Positions 17,975 to 27,541 of a DNA stretch of 52,763 nucleotides are shown one piece after another. How positions within the stretch are numbered: position 1 is the first letter of the stretch; each line of letters starts with the position of its first letter. This DNA is from Ignavibacteriales bacterium (lineage in GTDB: Bacteria > Bacteroidota > Ignavibacteria > T3Sed10-11): assembly GCA_003567775.1 (NCBI GenBank), contig PWYR01000003.1, positions 1-52,763 of the forward strand, in the 5' to 3' direction. Made by a program: the position numbers and the translations under genes. The notes beneath the pieces are model-generated. The model was not told the DNA's origin. It saw only the letters and a list, made by a program, of their open reading frames with translations, and searched no databases.

Positions 17975-19084
17975 GTGAGTATGGATAATCAAACAGATAC
18001 CAAACTGAAACATATTGTCGAAGGATTGATTTTTGCGGCAGATGAGCCGCTTACTCACAAACAGATTCGTGAATTGATTGAGGGTGAATCGACGAACGGC
18101 TCGCCGAATTCAGCCGGTCTGACGCCACAGAAAATTCAATTACTTATCGACGAGCTAAATGACGATTACGAGCGTCAATCGAGACCGTACCACATACAGG
18201 CAATCGCAGGCGGATTTATTTTTGCCACCAATCGGGATGTTTCATTATATGTCGGTAAGCTGCATAGAGAACAATCGAAAAAACGGCTCACACAAGCCGC
18301 ACTTGAAACACTGTCAATTATTGCCTATAAGCAACCGATTACGAAAGTTGTATTGGAAACGATTCGAGGCGTTAATTCAGATTACATAGTAAAATCGCTT
18401 CTTGAGAAGGACCTTATAACGATTGTGGGACGGGAGCCGACTGTCGGTCGTCCGTTGTTATACGGAACCACAAATCGCTTCCTGATGCATTTTGGTCTGA
18501 ATTCCATAAATGAGCTTCCCAAACCCCGTGAGATCGATGAATTGATTGGTGAAACCGAACTTGAAGTAGAAAAGCGCTTGATGGATCTGGAAAAACAAAA
18601 ACAGGAAGTGGACGATAAAAGCGCACAGAAACGTGAGCGTAAACCGCACCCGCTTTCGGAAGGTGCAACAGCGAAAATCATTCCGCTTAAACCGGATTAT
18701 CGACCGGTTAAAAAGAAAGAACCTGAATTTGAGGAAGAACCCGACGCCGATACAACACCGGGAACCAAGGAAGTAGAAAGACGGGAGATTCCCGAACAAG
18801 TCCCGGTTCAAGAAGAAATAGATGAACCGCAAGCTCAAGAGGAAAAAGAGGACCACGTTGAACCCGAGCAACCGGAAACAACAGGAGAACCCGTCGAACA
18901 AATCGATCGACAGGAAGAATCCGAAACGATTGAGGAACCGGAAGAGGAATTAGATAGAGAACAAATGGTCCGGGAAGATTCAACTGAAGAAATGCATATC
19001 GAGCAAGAGGAGCAAGAACCCCGACGAGGATGGAAACATTGGAAAAACAAAATAGTAAAGATAGTCAAGAAAATTTTCGGTTAA
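17975..19084 (+). CDS. scpB: Segregation and condensation protein B with a long acidic C-terminal extension
   Basis: 'IVEGLIFAADEPL', 'LETLSIIAYKQPITK' and 'GRPLLYGTTNRFLMHFGL' within the first ~190 aa. These are followed by ~170 aa rich in E/D/P/Q that end in '[20 protein letters not shown]'. Start is GTG 17975 or ATG 17981. Confidence 0.85.
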   Translation: MSMDNQTDTKLKHIVEGLIFAADEPLTHKQIRELIEGESTNGSPNSAGLTPQKIQLLIDELNDDYERQSRPYHIQAIAGGFIFATNRDVSLYVGKLHREQSKKRLTQAALETLSIIAYKQPITKVVLETIRGVNSDYIVKSLLEKDLITIVGREPTVGRPLLYGTTNRFLMHFGLNSINELPKPREIDELIGETELEVEKRLMDLEKQKQEVDDKSAQKRERKPHPLSEGATAKIIPLKPDYRPVKKKEPEFEEEPDADTTPGTKEVERREIPEQVPVQEEIDEPQAQEEKEDHVEPEQPETTGEPVEQIDRQEESETIEEPEEELDREQMVREDSTEEMHIEQEEQEPRRGWKHWKNKIVKIVKKIFG

Positions 19085-19788
19085 ACAAATATTTATCACA
19101 TTGCGGGGTTGCATCGCGTCGGGCTGCCGACGAGTTGATCGCGCAGGGACGAGTTCAAATTAACGGTAAGGTGGTAACCGAACTGGGAATAAGCGTCGAT
19201 CCTCAAAAGCACACGATAGCCGTTGATGGAGAAGTTATTCGACTTCCGGATAAATATACGTATGTCTTATTAAACAAACCCAAGAATACCATTACAACGG
19301 TTAAGGATGAGCGGGGACGGCAAACGGTAATGGATTTATTGCCGCTTCGCGGGAGGTTTTATCCTGTCGGACGATTGGATCGCAACTCTACCGGTGCATT
19401 AATACTGACCAACGACGGAGAACTCGCGCACAGATTGATGCATCCGCGCTTTGAAATTGAAAAAGCATATTTTGTACGTCTTGATAAACCGCTTGTAGAA
19501 AAAGACAGAATGAAACTTTTACGCGGGGTTAAAATCGACCGAAAGCCCGCAAGAGTGGAAGAAGTATCGTTCGTTGAGAAATCGAAACGCACCGAAATCG
19601 GCGTTGTACTTCACGAAGGACGTAACCGGCAAATTCGTAAAATGTTCGAGGCGCTTGACTATGACGTCAAAACACTCGATAGGGTTGCATACGCAAATCT
19701 CACATGTGAAGGAATGAAACGCGGTGAATGGAGACATCTGACAAAAAAAGAAGTTTCGGGATTGAAGTCTCTAGTTAAGTTAACATAA
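19030..19788 (+). CDS. rluB: RluB/RsuA-family pseudouridine synthase
   Basis: S4 domain '[21 protein letters not shown]', and catalytic '[17 protein letters not shown]'. The start is ATG 19030 or TTG 19039. Either start overlaps the scpB 3' end. Confidence 0.85.
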   Translation: METLEKQNSKDSQENFRLNKYLSHCGVASRRAADELIAQGRVQINGKVVTELGISVDPQKHTIAVDGEVIRLPDKYTYVLLNKPKNTITTVKDERGRQTVMDLLPLRGRFYPVGRLDRNSTGALILTNDGELAHRLMHPRFEIEKAYFVRLDKPLVEKDRMKLLRGVKIDRKPARVEEVSFVEKSKRTEIGVVLHEGRNRQIRKMFEALDYDVKTLDRVAYANLTCEGMKRGEWRHLTKKEVSGLKSLVKLT

Positions 19789-19819
19789 CTTTATAACAGC
19801 TAATCGGAAATATATAAGA

Positions 19820-21364
19820 ATGGCGGAAAACCGGCAGGTTAATAATCAGGAAGATAAAAATCTTTACCAACAGGAAGTTCATGAGCTGCTCAAACGCCGG
19901 CGCGAAGAACTTGAAGACCTCAAGCAGAGCGGCGTTATTCCATTTGGATATGAATATGACGTCACCGGTTATTCAAAATCGATTATAAAAGAATTTAAAG
20001 ACGATGCTCCTGCAAAACGGTATCGGGTTGCAGGACGAATTATGAGTATGCGAAAAATGGGTAAAGCGTCTTTTATGCATATTCAGGACCGGGAAGGTCG
20101 CGTACAGCTTTATCTTCGTAAGGACGCACTAAACGAGCAATATGATCTCGTCAAACTGCTTGATATAGGCGATATAATTGGCGTCGAAGGTGAAGTATTC
20201 CGGACAAAGATGGGCGAGGTTTCCATAAAAGCCGATGCGTTTGAGATACTCGCTAAATCGCTTCGACCGCTGCCCGTTGTGAAAGAAAGGAAAAAAGAAG
20301 ATGGGACGATTGTTCGATACGATCCCTTTTCCGATAAAGAGCTACGTTACCGGCAACGCTATGTAGATCTGATTGTAAATCCGCAAGTTCGGGATGTCTT
20401 CGTAAAACGTGCCCGTATCATAAAGTTTATTCGCGACTATCTGGATAACCAGGGATATCTGGAAGTAGAAACGCCTGCCTTGCAGCCAATCTACGGCGGC
20501 GCTGCTGCACGACCGTTCGTTACTCATCATAATGCTCTCGATATGAAGTTATATCTTCGTATTGCCGATGAATTATATCTAAAGCGGTTAATTGTCGGTG
20601 GTTTTGACGGTGTATACGAGATTACAAAGGATTTCCGGAATGAAGGGATGGATCGTAATCATAATCCCGAATTTACGATGCTCGAACTGTACGTCGCCTT
20701 TAAAGAGTATAAATGGATGATGGATTTTGTTGAGCAAATGATTGCCAAATTGGTATATGCTATTCACGATATCTATGAAATTCCCGTCGGAAAAAATACC
20801 GTCGATTTTAAACCACCCTGGAAACGATTGACAATGTTTGATGCGATCAAGGAGTTTACCGGCGTCGATATATCGCAAATGGATGAAAAATTATTACGGG
20901 AAGCTGCCCAAAATCTTGGTCTGGAACTCGACCCGGCAGCCGGTGCAGGAAAGATCATCGATGAAATGTTCAGCGAGTTTGTCGAACCAAAACTTGTTCA
21001 ACCGACTGTTATTATGGATTATCCGGTTTCCATGTCACCGCTTGCAAAACCGCATCGTGAGAAGCAGGGATTGGTTGAGCGGTTTGAAGTAATTGTGAAC
21101 GGGCAGGAATTATGCAATGCATTCAGTGAGTTGAACGATCCTATCGATCAGCGTTCGCGTTTTGGAGAGCAGACGGCGTTGCGCGAACGCGGCGACGACG
21201 AAGCGCACATGCTTGATGAAGATTACTTGCGCGCACTCGAATACGGAATGCCGCCCGCCGCCGGATTGGGCATCGGCATTGACCGGCTTACGATGTTAAT
21301 CACAAACCAGGAATCGATCCGCGACGTCATTTTATTTCCACAGATGCGGCCGGAAGGAAAATAA
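19820..21364 (+). CDS. lysS: Lysine--tRNA ligase, class II
   Basis: OB anticodon-binding domain '[22 protein letters not shown]', with class II motifs 'FRNEGMD' and '[12 protein letters not shown]'. Confidence 0.95.
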   Translation: MAENRQVNNQEDKNLYQQEVHELLKRRREELEDLKQSGVIPFGYEYDVTGYSKSIIKEFKDDAPAKRYRVAGRIMSMRKMGKASFMHIQDREGRVQLYLRKDALNEQYDLVKLLDIGDIIGVEGEVFRTKMGEVSIKADAFEILAKSLRPLPVVKERKKEDGTIVRYDPFSDKELRYRQRYVDLIVNPQVRDVFVKRARIIKFIRDYLDNQGYLEVETPALQPIYGGAAARPFVTHHNALDMKLYLRIADELYLKRLIVGGFDGVYEITKDFRNEGMDRNHNPEFTMLELYVAFKEYKWMMDFVEQMIAKLVYAIHDIYEIPVGKNTVDFKPPWKRLTMFDAIKEFTGVDISQMDEKLLREAAQNLGLELDPAAGAGKIIDEMFSEFVEPKLVQPTVIMDYPVSMSPLAKPHREKQGLVERFEVIVNGQELCNAFSELNDPIDQRSRFGEQTALRERGDDEAHMLDEDYLRALEYGMPPAAGLGIGIDRLTMLITNQESIRDVILFPQMRPEGK

Positions 21365-21368
21365 TTGT

Positions 21369-22091
21369 ATGATCAGTGTTATTATTCCAACGCTCAGCGA
21401 GCGCAAACTAATCGAACAGGCGCTTCGGCAATTCGATGATGTGATCAGGAAGAAATATGACCTTGAGATTATTGTAAGTGATGGGGGAAGTGATGACGGC
21501 ACCGTACAAATTGCAAAAGCGCTTGCAAATCAGGTTGTAATTTACAACGGCGAGACGCGCCAGACGATAGCCGGCGGCAGGAATGCCGGCGCTTCAAATG
21601 CACACGGTGACCTGTTATTCTTTTTAAATGCCGATACTCTGTTGGATGATCCGGACATTTTCTTTTCAAGCATCAATAAGGTAATGAGCGATCCAAACGT
21701 CCTTGCACTCACTTGTTACGTCGGAGTATATCCGGAGGAGGAGAAACTCCCGGATAAAATATTCCATGGTGTATGCAACCGGTTCTTTGATCTTGTAAAT
21801 TCCATCGGGATCGGTATGGGACGCGGTGAATGCCACGTAATTCGACGCGCGGTATTTGAAGAAGTCGGTAAGTACAATAGGACGCTTGTTGCAGGAGAAG
21901 ATTTTGATTTGTATTCACGCATTCGCCGTAAAGGCAAGATCAAATTTATGCGCGACCGGTATGTATATGAGTCGCCAAGGCGATACCGCCGGTATGGTTA
22001 TCATCGTGTTGCATTTGACTGGTTCCGGAACGCAATTTCAGTGAAATTGCTCAAACGATCCGTGATCGATGAGTGGACGCCGATCAGATAA
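21369..22091 (+). CDS. Family 2 glycosyltransferase
   Basis: 'ISVIIPTLSE', 'SDGGSDDGT' and 'LFFLNADT', consistent with a GT-A fold. Confidence 0.8.
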   Translation: MISVIIPTLSERKLIEQALRQFDDVIRKKYDLEIIVSDGGSDDGTVQIAKALANQVVIYNGETRQTIAGGRNAGASNAHGDLLFFLNADTLLDDPDIFFSSINKVMSDPNVLALTCYVGVYPEEEKLPDKIFHGVCNRFFDLVNSIGIGMGRGECHVIRRAVFEEVGKYNRTLVAGEDFDLYSRIRRKGKIKFMRDRYVYESPRRYRRYGYHRVAFDWFRNAISVKLLKRSVIDEWTPIR

Positions 22092-23787
22092 GGAAAGAAT
22101 AAGTTTGTTTCGCAAGCACATATATATTTTATTGCTATTCGTAAATTGTATCGGTTGCAGTCACCTGCACGCTCAGATCGATCTTGTTCCCGCCGAACAT
22201 AATATATACAACTTTTTAAAACGAATGCAGTTAAAAGGTGTTCTGACCGGTCAGTATAGTTCGACTTTTCTTCCATATGACAGACAAACTGTTGCCGGAT
22301 TGATTGATGAAGTTGTTGAGCGAAGAGATAAGTTGACCCGTGCTGAGAATGCAGCGCTGAAACGGTATATGATCGAATTCTCGTATGAGTTGGGCTTGCC
22401 CCGGGAAAAGCGCATCTCAGTGTTAAACGATGGTTTCAAAGGACTGTTAGAACCCCGGCAAAAGTATCTGTATCGCTATGAAGATGAAACAGCGGTTATT
22501 AGCGCCAACATTCTTTTGAGTGGAGAACCACAGTATTGGGACATTGGAACAATCCCGGATAATTACACGTCATTGTGGCAGATAGGCGGCAGCGTTTCGG
22601 GAACGATTGGTAATTGGTTCGGGTTTTCTCTCAGCGCCGTAAATGGATATGTAGGAGGTTCCCGTGATCTCGGAAAACAAAACATTGAAGTGAATCGTAC
22701 GTATAAGATAGATGAACCGGATTCCCGTTTTTATGATATTACGCACGGTCACATACGCGCGGCGAATAAATGGGGAAGCATCTCTATTGGCAGGGAAAGG
22801 ATAATCGGGGGGAACGGACCGGTGCGGAGCGCATTATTGTTTTCCAATTATGCTCCGGAAATTGATTATATTGGATTGGATTTACGCTACAAACGGTTCT
22901 TTTTCAATTTTTTCCATGGGTGGATACTCGGTGATGAAGAATTTTTTCAGTTGGATGACGAAACTCTTTTCCGGTCTATCGAAGAAAAATATCTTTCTTT
23001 TCATAGATTCGGGGCATTTTTTTTCGATAACAGGATGCAGGTTGCCGTCTCCGAAATTATTGTATACGGCAATCGCGGAGTTGAGATTGCATATTTAAAT
23101 CCTTTTTTGTTTTTTAAATCTGTGGAGCATAGTTTGCGGGATCGGGACAAAGCAATTATCGCTCTGGATATACAGGGACGCCCCTATCGTGGCCTGGAAT
23201 TATATGGCGATCTTTTGATAGATGATCTTGCGTTTGACAAACTCGGAACGAACTGGTACGGAAATCAGTTTGCGTTCAGAGTGGGAGGTAATTTTACACC
23301 CATTGTATCTGGATTTCAGGATTTTGCAGTTAATGTTGACTATTTCCGAATTCAACCGTATGTATATACACATAGACTGCCCCTGAATAGATATGTACAC
23401 GGAGGATTTCCGATTGGAAATCCATTAGGACCGAATTCCGACGGGTGGATCGTGCGTTTGAATTATCTCTTATCCGGCAGGTCGAATGTTGAATTATATT
23501 ACAATCGGACACGAAAAGGTCATAATGTGACCGATGAGGAAGGAAATATACTGCATAATGTCGGTGGTGATATTGCGCAGGGATATCGTTTTGGAGATAG
23601 TGAAAATGTGGTGTTTTTAGACGGAAATCTCGAAAAAACCGGAATAGCCGGTGCTTTTTTTAAATATGAGGTGTTTCATCAATTTTTTATAGTCGGAGGA
23701 TATGAATTCAGAAAACGTGAAGAAACCTGGAATGAGCAAACTTTTCGTGAACACTTTATGTTTGGAAGAATAGTTGTTATATTGTGA
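22069..23787 (+). CDS. Wzi-like (capsule assembly family) outer-membrane beta-barrel protein
   Basis: Signal peptide ending 'HLHAQ'. N-terminal 'IYNFLKRMQLKGVL...FLPYDRQTVAGLI' matches the Wzi helical bundle pattern. The remainder is long, Y/G/F-rich and beta-barrel-like. The family call is tentative. Confidence 0.5.
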   Translation: MSGRRSDKERISLFRKHIYILLLFVNCIGCSHLHAQIDLVPAEHNIYNFLKRMQLKGVLTGQYSSTFLPYDRQTVAGLIDEVVERRDKLTRAENAALKRYMIEFSYELGLPREKRISVLNDGFKGLLEPRQKYLYRYEDETAVISANILLSGEPQYWDIGTIPDNYTSLWQIGGSVSGTIGNWFGFSLSAVNGYVGGSRDLGKQNIEVNRTYKIDEPDSRFYDITHGHIRAANKWGSISIGRERIIGGNGPVRSALLFSNYAPEIDYIGLDLRYKRFFFNFFHGWILGDEEFFQLDDETLFRSIEEKYLSFHRFGAFFFDNRMQVAVSEIIVYGNRGVEIAYLNPFLFFKSVEHSLRDRDKAIIALDIQGRPYRGLELYGDLLIDDLAFDKLGTNWYGNQFAFRVGGNFTPIVSGFQDFAVNVDYFRIQPYVYTHRLPLNRYVHGGFPIGNPLGPNSDGWIVRLNYLLSGRSNVELYYNRTRKGHNVTDEEGNILHNVGGDIAQGYRFGDSENVVFLDGNLEKTGIAGAFFKYEVFHQFFIVGGYEFRKREETWNEQTFREHFMFGRIVVIL

Positions 23788-23857
23788 TAGTGAACATATT
23801 TTTATTATAAGGTGTTTAGTTTATTAAATGAAAGTTAATTGATTGGAAAGAGGGACT

Positions 23858-25480
23858 ATGAAACGGCGTGTATCTATTCCGATGGTTGTATTCCTGGTTG
23901 TTACTGCGATGTTCATCGGCACGCAGTACAACAGTTTAATCTCCGGGACCAGCATCTATGAACAAATTAAGAAATTCAACGAGGTAATAGCATATACCGA
24001 GCGTTTTTACGTTGAGGAGGTAAACTCCGAAAAACTGATTGAAGAGGCAATTAAGGGAATGTTAAATTCCCTCGATCCGCACTCGGTGTATATTTCCCAA
24101 AGACAAATGCAACGTGTGGAAGAAGAATTTCGTGGAAGTTTCGAGGGTATCGGAATACAGTTTGAGATATTGCGGGATACAATAAACGTGGTTACACCGA
24201 TATCCGGCGGACCAAGCGATCGGCTGGGCATACAATCGGGTGATCGAATTATAAAGATTGACAGTGAACCTGCAATCAAGTTGAACAATGAAGATGTTCA
24301 ATCCAAACTACGCGGTCCAAAAGGGACGAAAGTAGTGGTTGACATTTTTCGACCGGGTCTACAGGAAGTTCTTCAGTTTGAAATAATCCGGGATAAAATA
24401 CCGCTCTATACGGTAGATGCTTCATTAAAGTATGACGATAAAACCGGGTACATTCGAGTAAACCGTTTTGCCGCGACGACATTTAGTGAATTTATGGAGG
24501 CAATGAGTAAACTCGATCAACAGGGTATGGAGAGATTGGTGCTCGATCTTCGTAATAATCCGGGCGGGTATCTTGAAGAAGCGTTTAAAATGGCAGATGT
24601 ATTTCTACCATCCGGGAAAAAGATCGTTTATACAAAAGGACGTAACCCTCAATTCAACGAAGAATACCGGGCAACAAGCGGCAGCCGGTACGAAGAATTG
24701 CCTCTTATTATATTGATCAATCCCGGCTCGGCATCGGCAAGTGAGATTGTGTCGGGTGCGGTTCAGGATTGGGATCGTGGTCTTATCGTCGGAGAGCGAA
24801 GCTTCGGTAAAGGTCTCGTACAGCGACAATTTGAATTACGCGACGGGTCGGCGTTTCGTTTAACTACGGCAAAATACTTCACACCGAGCGGCAGATTGAT
24901 TCAGCGACCGTATGACCGGGGTGTGGATGCATATAGACTGGAACCATTTCATCAGTCTGAGGATGTGGAGGGCGTTGAAGGCATCTATGAACCGCTTGAG
25001 GTGGATACGACTGAACAACCGGTATATTATACCGAGGGTGGGCGTATTGTTTATGGCGGCGGCGGTATAACACCGGACGTTCTTGTTCGAAGTTCACAAT
25101 GGTCCGAACTTGGTATGCGGATCGCCGCAAATAATTTAATAAGATTGTATCATACAGAGTATATGCAGGGGTATGGTCAACAGTTGCAAGAAAAATATAA
25201 AGACAATATTGAAAAATTCCGAAGTGAATTTTCTGTAACCGATGAGCATTTCAATGATTTCATCCGGTTTGTTGAAGATAACGATGTTACGGTAAAGGAA
25301 GAATATCTGGAACAAGATGAGATGTTTTTAAAATCATTCCTCAAAGCGGAAATTGGACGCGCAATTCACGGTAATGATGGATGGTATGCAAGCAGACTCG
25401 AATCAGATGAGCAATTCCTGCACGCCGTTGGCTTGTTCCCCGAACTTCGAAGACTTATTTCTGCATCGGTATCGCAGTAG
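23858..25480 (+). CDS. Carboxy-terminal processing peptidase, family S41
   Basis: PDZ 'GGPSDRLGIQSGDRIIKID', 'LDLRNNPGGYL', catalytic 'GSASASEIVSGA' and 'GERSFGKGLVQ'. ATG 23858 is preceded by aagaggga. Confidence 0.9.
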   Translation: MKRRVSIPMVVFLVVTAMFIGTQYNSLISGTSIYEQIKKFNEVIAYTERFYVEEVNSEKLIEEAIKGMLNSLDPHSVYISQRQMQRVEEEFRGSFEGIGIQFEILRDTINVVTPISGGPSDRLGIQSGDRIIKIDSEPAIKLNNEDVQSKLRGPKGTKVVVDIFRPGLQEVLQFEIIRDKIPLYTVDASLKYDDKTGYIRVNRFAATTFSEFMEAMSKLDQQGMERLVLDLRNNPGGYLEEAFKMADVFLPSGKKIVYTKGRNPQFNEEYRATSGSRYEELPLIILINPGSASASEIVSGAVQDWDRGLIVGERSFGKGLVQRQFELRDGSAFRLTTAKYFTPSGRLIQRPYDRGVDAYRLEPFHQSEDVEGVEGIYEPLEVDTTEQPVYYTEGGRIVYGGGGITPDVLVRSSQWSELGMRIAANNLIRLYHTEYMQGYGQQLQEKYKDNIEKFRSEFSVTDEHFNDFIRFVEDNDVTVKEEYLEQDEMFLKSFLKAEIGRAIHGNDGWYASRLESDEQFLHAVGLFPELRRLISASVSQ

Positions 25481-25503
25481 TAGTCGGTGAAAGTGGGTTG
25501 AAA

Positions 25504-26334
25504 ATGGGACGAATTTTTCTAATTGCGATTTGTATAATTGCACTGGTGACTTCTGCTGCCGTTATCTCTTCGGAACCGGATGCAACAGTCACGTTTCCTC
25601 AAAGTAACGGCAATGCACATGTCTTTAAAATAGGTGAAGGGCTTGTCTATAATGTGCGGTACGGTTTTATAAGTTTGGGTAAAATAACAGTGACCGTTAC
25701 CGGCTCGAAAGAAACAAGCAACGGCACGTTATATCAGGCAACAGCAGATATTGCATCTTATTCCGGGGTACCCTTTGTGTCGCTTCACCACATTTATTCG
25801 TCGGAAATGACCCCACGGTTTTATTCGATGTGGTTTGAATCGCTCGAGCGAAACAAGGATGAATGGGATGTTATGCGATTCAATTTCGATTATGACCGAA
25901 TGAGAGTTTTGGTGGAGGAGGGATTGCAGGGAAATGAAGAACTGACCGATACTCTTGAAATCGACAATTATTATCAGGATGGTTTGTCGCTTTTTTATTT
26001 TGCCCGCGGGTTTATCGGGACGGATGAAAACATCACTATACCGACGCTGGTGAATAAAGATGTTGTTACAACGGATTTTGTATTTAACGGAGCGCGAACG
26101 TCGAGAAAATCGAAAGGAGTTGATTATCCGGTCGATGTGATTGAGTTGAGGGGTCGAGCCAACTTTAGCGGAATTTTTGGAATGACCGGTGCATTCCGCG
26201 GATGGTTTTCAAATGATGATGCAGCTATTCCCATTGAGGCAAAGCTGCGGGTACTTATCGGTAATGTTACCGTTGAATTGATAGAATGGAATCGCCCAGG
26301 ATGGAACCCACCCGGATACGCGAGCAACAAATAA
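25504..26334 (+). CDS. DUF3108-like secreted protein
   Basis: Signal peptide, then 'GEGLVYNVRYGFISLGKITVTV', typical of DUF3108 beta-barrel-like proteins. Confidence 0.6.
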   Translation: MGRIFLIAICIIALVTSAAVISSEPDATVTFPQSNGNAHVFKIGEGLVYNVRYGFISLGKITVTVTGSKETSNGTLYQATADIASYSGVPFVSLHHIYSSEMTPRFYSMWFESLERNKDEWDVMRFNFDYDRMRVLVEEGLQGNEELTDTLEIDNYYQDGLSLFYFARGFIGTDENITIPTLVNKDVVTTDFVFNGARTSRKSKGVDYPVDVIELRGRANFSGIFGMTGAFRGWFSNDDAAIPIEAKLRVLIGNVTVELIEWNRPGWNPPGYASNK

Positions 26335-26480
26335 TAACATACCGGGGAATTACTCCCCGTTTAGATTCCAGTGTGTTTATTGCCCCGGGTGCTCGTATTA
26401 TCGGCGATGTTGCACAACTCGAACAATCGGCAGAAAACTATATACGGTATGTGAGTACATACTCACGCATCCGGTCGTAA
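26331..26480 (+). pseudogene. Internally deleted remnant of a gamma-carbonic-anhydrase/YrdA-family (left-handed beta-helix) gene
   Basis: 'ITYRGITPRLDSSVFIAPGARIIGDV' resembles the family N-terminus (compare E. coli YrdA 'RPYRDLFPQIGQRVMIDDSSVVIGDV'). It is joined directly to 'AQLEQSAENYIRYVSTY', which resembles the family C-terminal helix ('AGLRYSANNYVKWKDEY'). The ~120-aa hexapeptide-repeat core is absent, and the expected start codon position reads ATA. Confidence 0.6.
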
Positions 26481-26489
26481 AAATTTTGC

Positions 26490-26518
26490 TTGACATTAGT
26501 GTTGTCGGTACTTATATT
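26490..26518 (+). promoter_or_regulatory. Consensus sigma-70-type promoter (TTGACA-17 nt-TATATT)
   Basis: TTGACA at 26490-26495, an exact 17-nt spacer, and TATATT at 26513-26518. Confidence 0.55.
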
Positions 26519-26558
26519 AAACGCAATGAGAACCGTGAAAAAATAGAATTTTTTTTCT

Positions 26559-26599
26559 CCCCGTTCAGGCAGGTGCTCTTTTTGCCGATCGGGGTTTTT
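26559..26599 (+). terminator. Intrinsic terminator/attenuator hairpin downstream of the 26490 promoter
   Basis: 5' arm ccccgttcaggca (26559-26571) pairs with tgccgatcgggg (26583-26594) as ~12 bp with one mismatch and one bulge, followed by ttttt (26595-26599). Confidence 0.55.
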
Positions 26600-26644
26600 A
26601 TTACAATATAACACAGACGGATAAATCTGGAGTCTTATAGATAC

Positions 26645-27088
26645 GTGAAATTTACAAGCGATGATATAGCCCGAATCGGGGACACTCTCGGCGTCGTACC
26701 GAAACATCGGGGCGGCGTATATCGCTTTGAAGTGGAAAACGCGGAACATAAACGTAAACTCAGTCTTGAAATATATCCGGATATACCGATCGGCAACCGG
26801 ACGGGTAATCTGGTCTCCGTGTATACGCATAACACTCATTTGCAATTGCACTTTTGTTCCGGGTTTGTGGTTAGTGATGAGCTGGGAGAGGTGACATTCG
26901 TGGGAGAACAAAGCGGAACATTAAGCGGTCTGATTGTAGAGCGCGAAGGTGGGTGCTCGCTCTATGCGAATGTCGACCGATCATTGTTGACCGGCGATTT
27001 CACGAAGCTTGGTCCGGAAGTGATGCTCTCCGGTATAGCTCTGTCGCTTACCGAAGATGTGCTTTCAGGTGAAGAAAATAAAAAGTGA
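26645..27088 (+). CDS. Hypothetical protein of unrecognised family, coupled to ybeY
   Basis: 147-aa ORF with a GTG start and balanced composition. Its stop overlaps or abuts the ybeY start region. I recognise no motif. Confidence 0.5.
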   Translation: MKFTSDDIARIGDTLGVVPKHRGGVYRFEVENAEHKRKLSLEIYPDIPIGNRTGNLVSVYTHNTHLQLHFCSGFVVSDELGEVTFVGEQSGTLSGLIVEREGGCSLYANVDRSLLTGDFTKLGPEVMLSGIALSLTEDVLSGEENKK

Positions 27089-27096
27089 GTGTTTGC

Positions 27097-27516
27097 ATGC
27101 CGGTCGAGGTTTTCAGTGAGCACAAAGCGGCGATTGAGTTCAGTGATGAAACTAAACGGATCGTCGAATATGTTCTTTCGAGAGAGGAACGGCAAGCTGA
27201 AGTGAAAATCGTGTTCATTGATGACCCCACTATACACAGCTTGAATAAAAAGTTTTTAATGCATGATACTGTAACCGATGTCCTTAGTTTTCAGTTGGAA
27301 GAGGAGGGTGGTGTAATTGAAGGTGAAGTTTATGTCTGCATCGATCAGGCGGTGCGTCAAGCCCGGGAATATGGGGTAACCGTTCGGAATGAAATTGCCC
27401 GGCTCGTAATTCACGGGATGCTGCATTTGATCGGTTATGACGATACAACACAGGAAGAAAAATCTGCTATGAAGAAGAAAGAAGATACATACTTGAGGCA
27501 GTTGCAGATTTCCTAA
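27097..27516 (+). CDS. ybeY: rRNA maturation endoribonuclease YbeY
   Basis: 'HGMLHLIGYDD' zinc-binding H3 motif. ATG 27097 is preferred over GTG 27085. Confidence 0.9.
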   Translation: MPVEVFSEHKAAIEFSDETKRIVEYVLSREERQAEVKIVFIDDPTIHSLNKKFLMHDTVTDVLSFQLEEEGGVIEGEVYVCIDQAVRQAREYGVTVRNEIARLVIHGMLHLIGYDDTTQEEKSAMKKKEDTYLRQLQIS

Positions 27517-27541
27517 ACGTTAATAATAAGGTTTTTAATCT

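Noticed and set aside
18700-19020. Short gaa/gag-rich imperfect repeats that might be mistaken for a repeat array
   Set aside because: They lie in frame inside scpB, with no constant-length repeat/spacer periodicity. This is coding low complexity and not a CRISPR or a satellite.
18382-19068. Cluster of overlapping minus-strand ORFs (84-147 aa) opposite the scpB tail
   Set aside because: They are reverse-complement artefacts of the GAA/GAG-rich acidic coding region and give F/S/L-rich translations. None has a credible start context.
26438-26911. 157-aa minus-strand ORF spanning the promoter/terminator region and the 5' half of the 147-aa + ORF
   Set aside because: Its composition is junk-like (runs of F/Y/I/H), and it would read through the + strand promoter and hairpin. 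The + strand ORF is coupled to ybeY and looks more protein-like. Only proteomics or Ribo-seq could fully exclude it.
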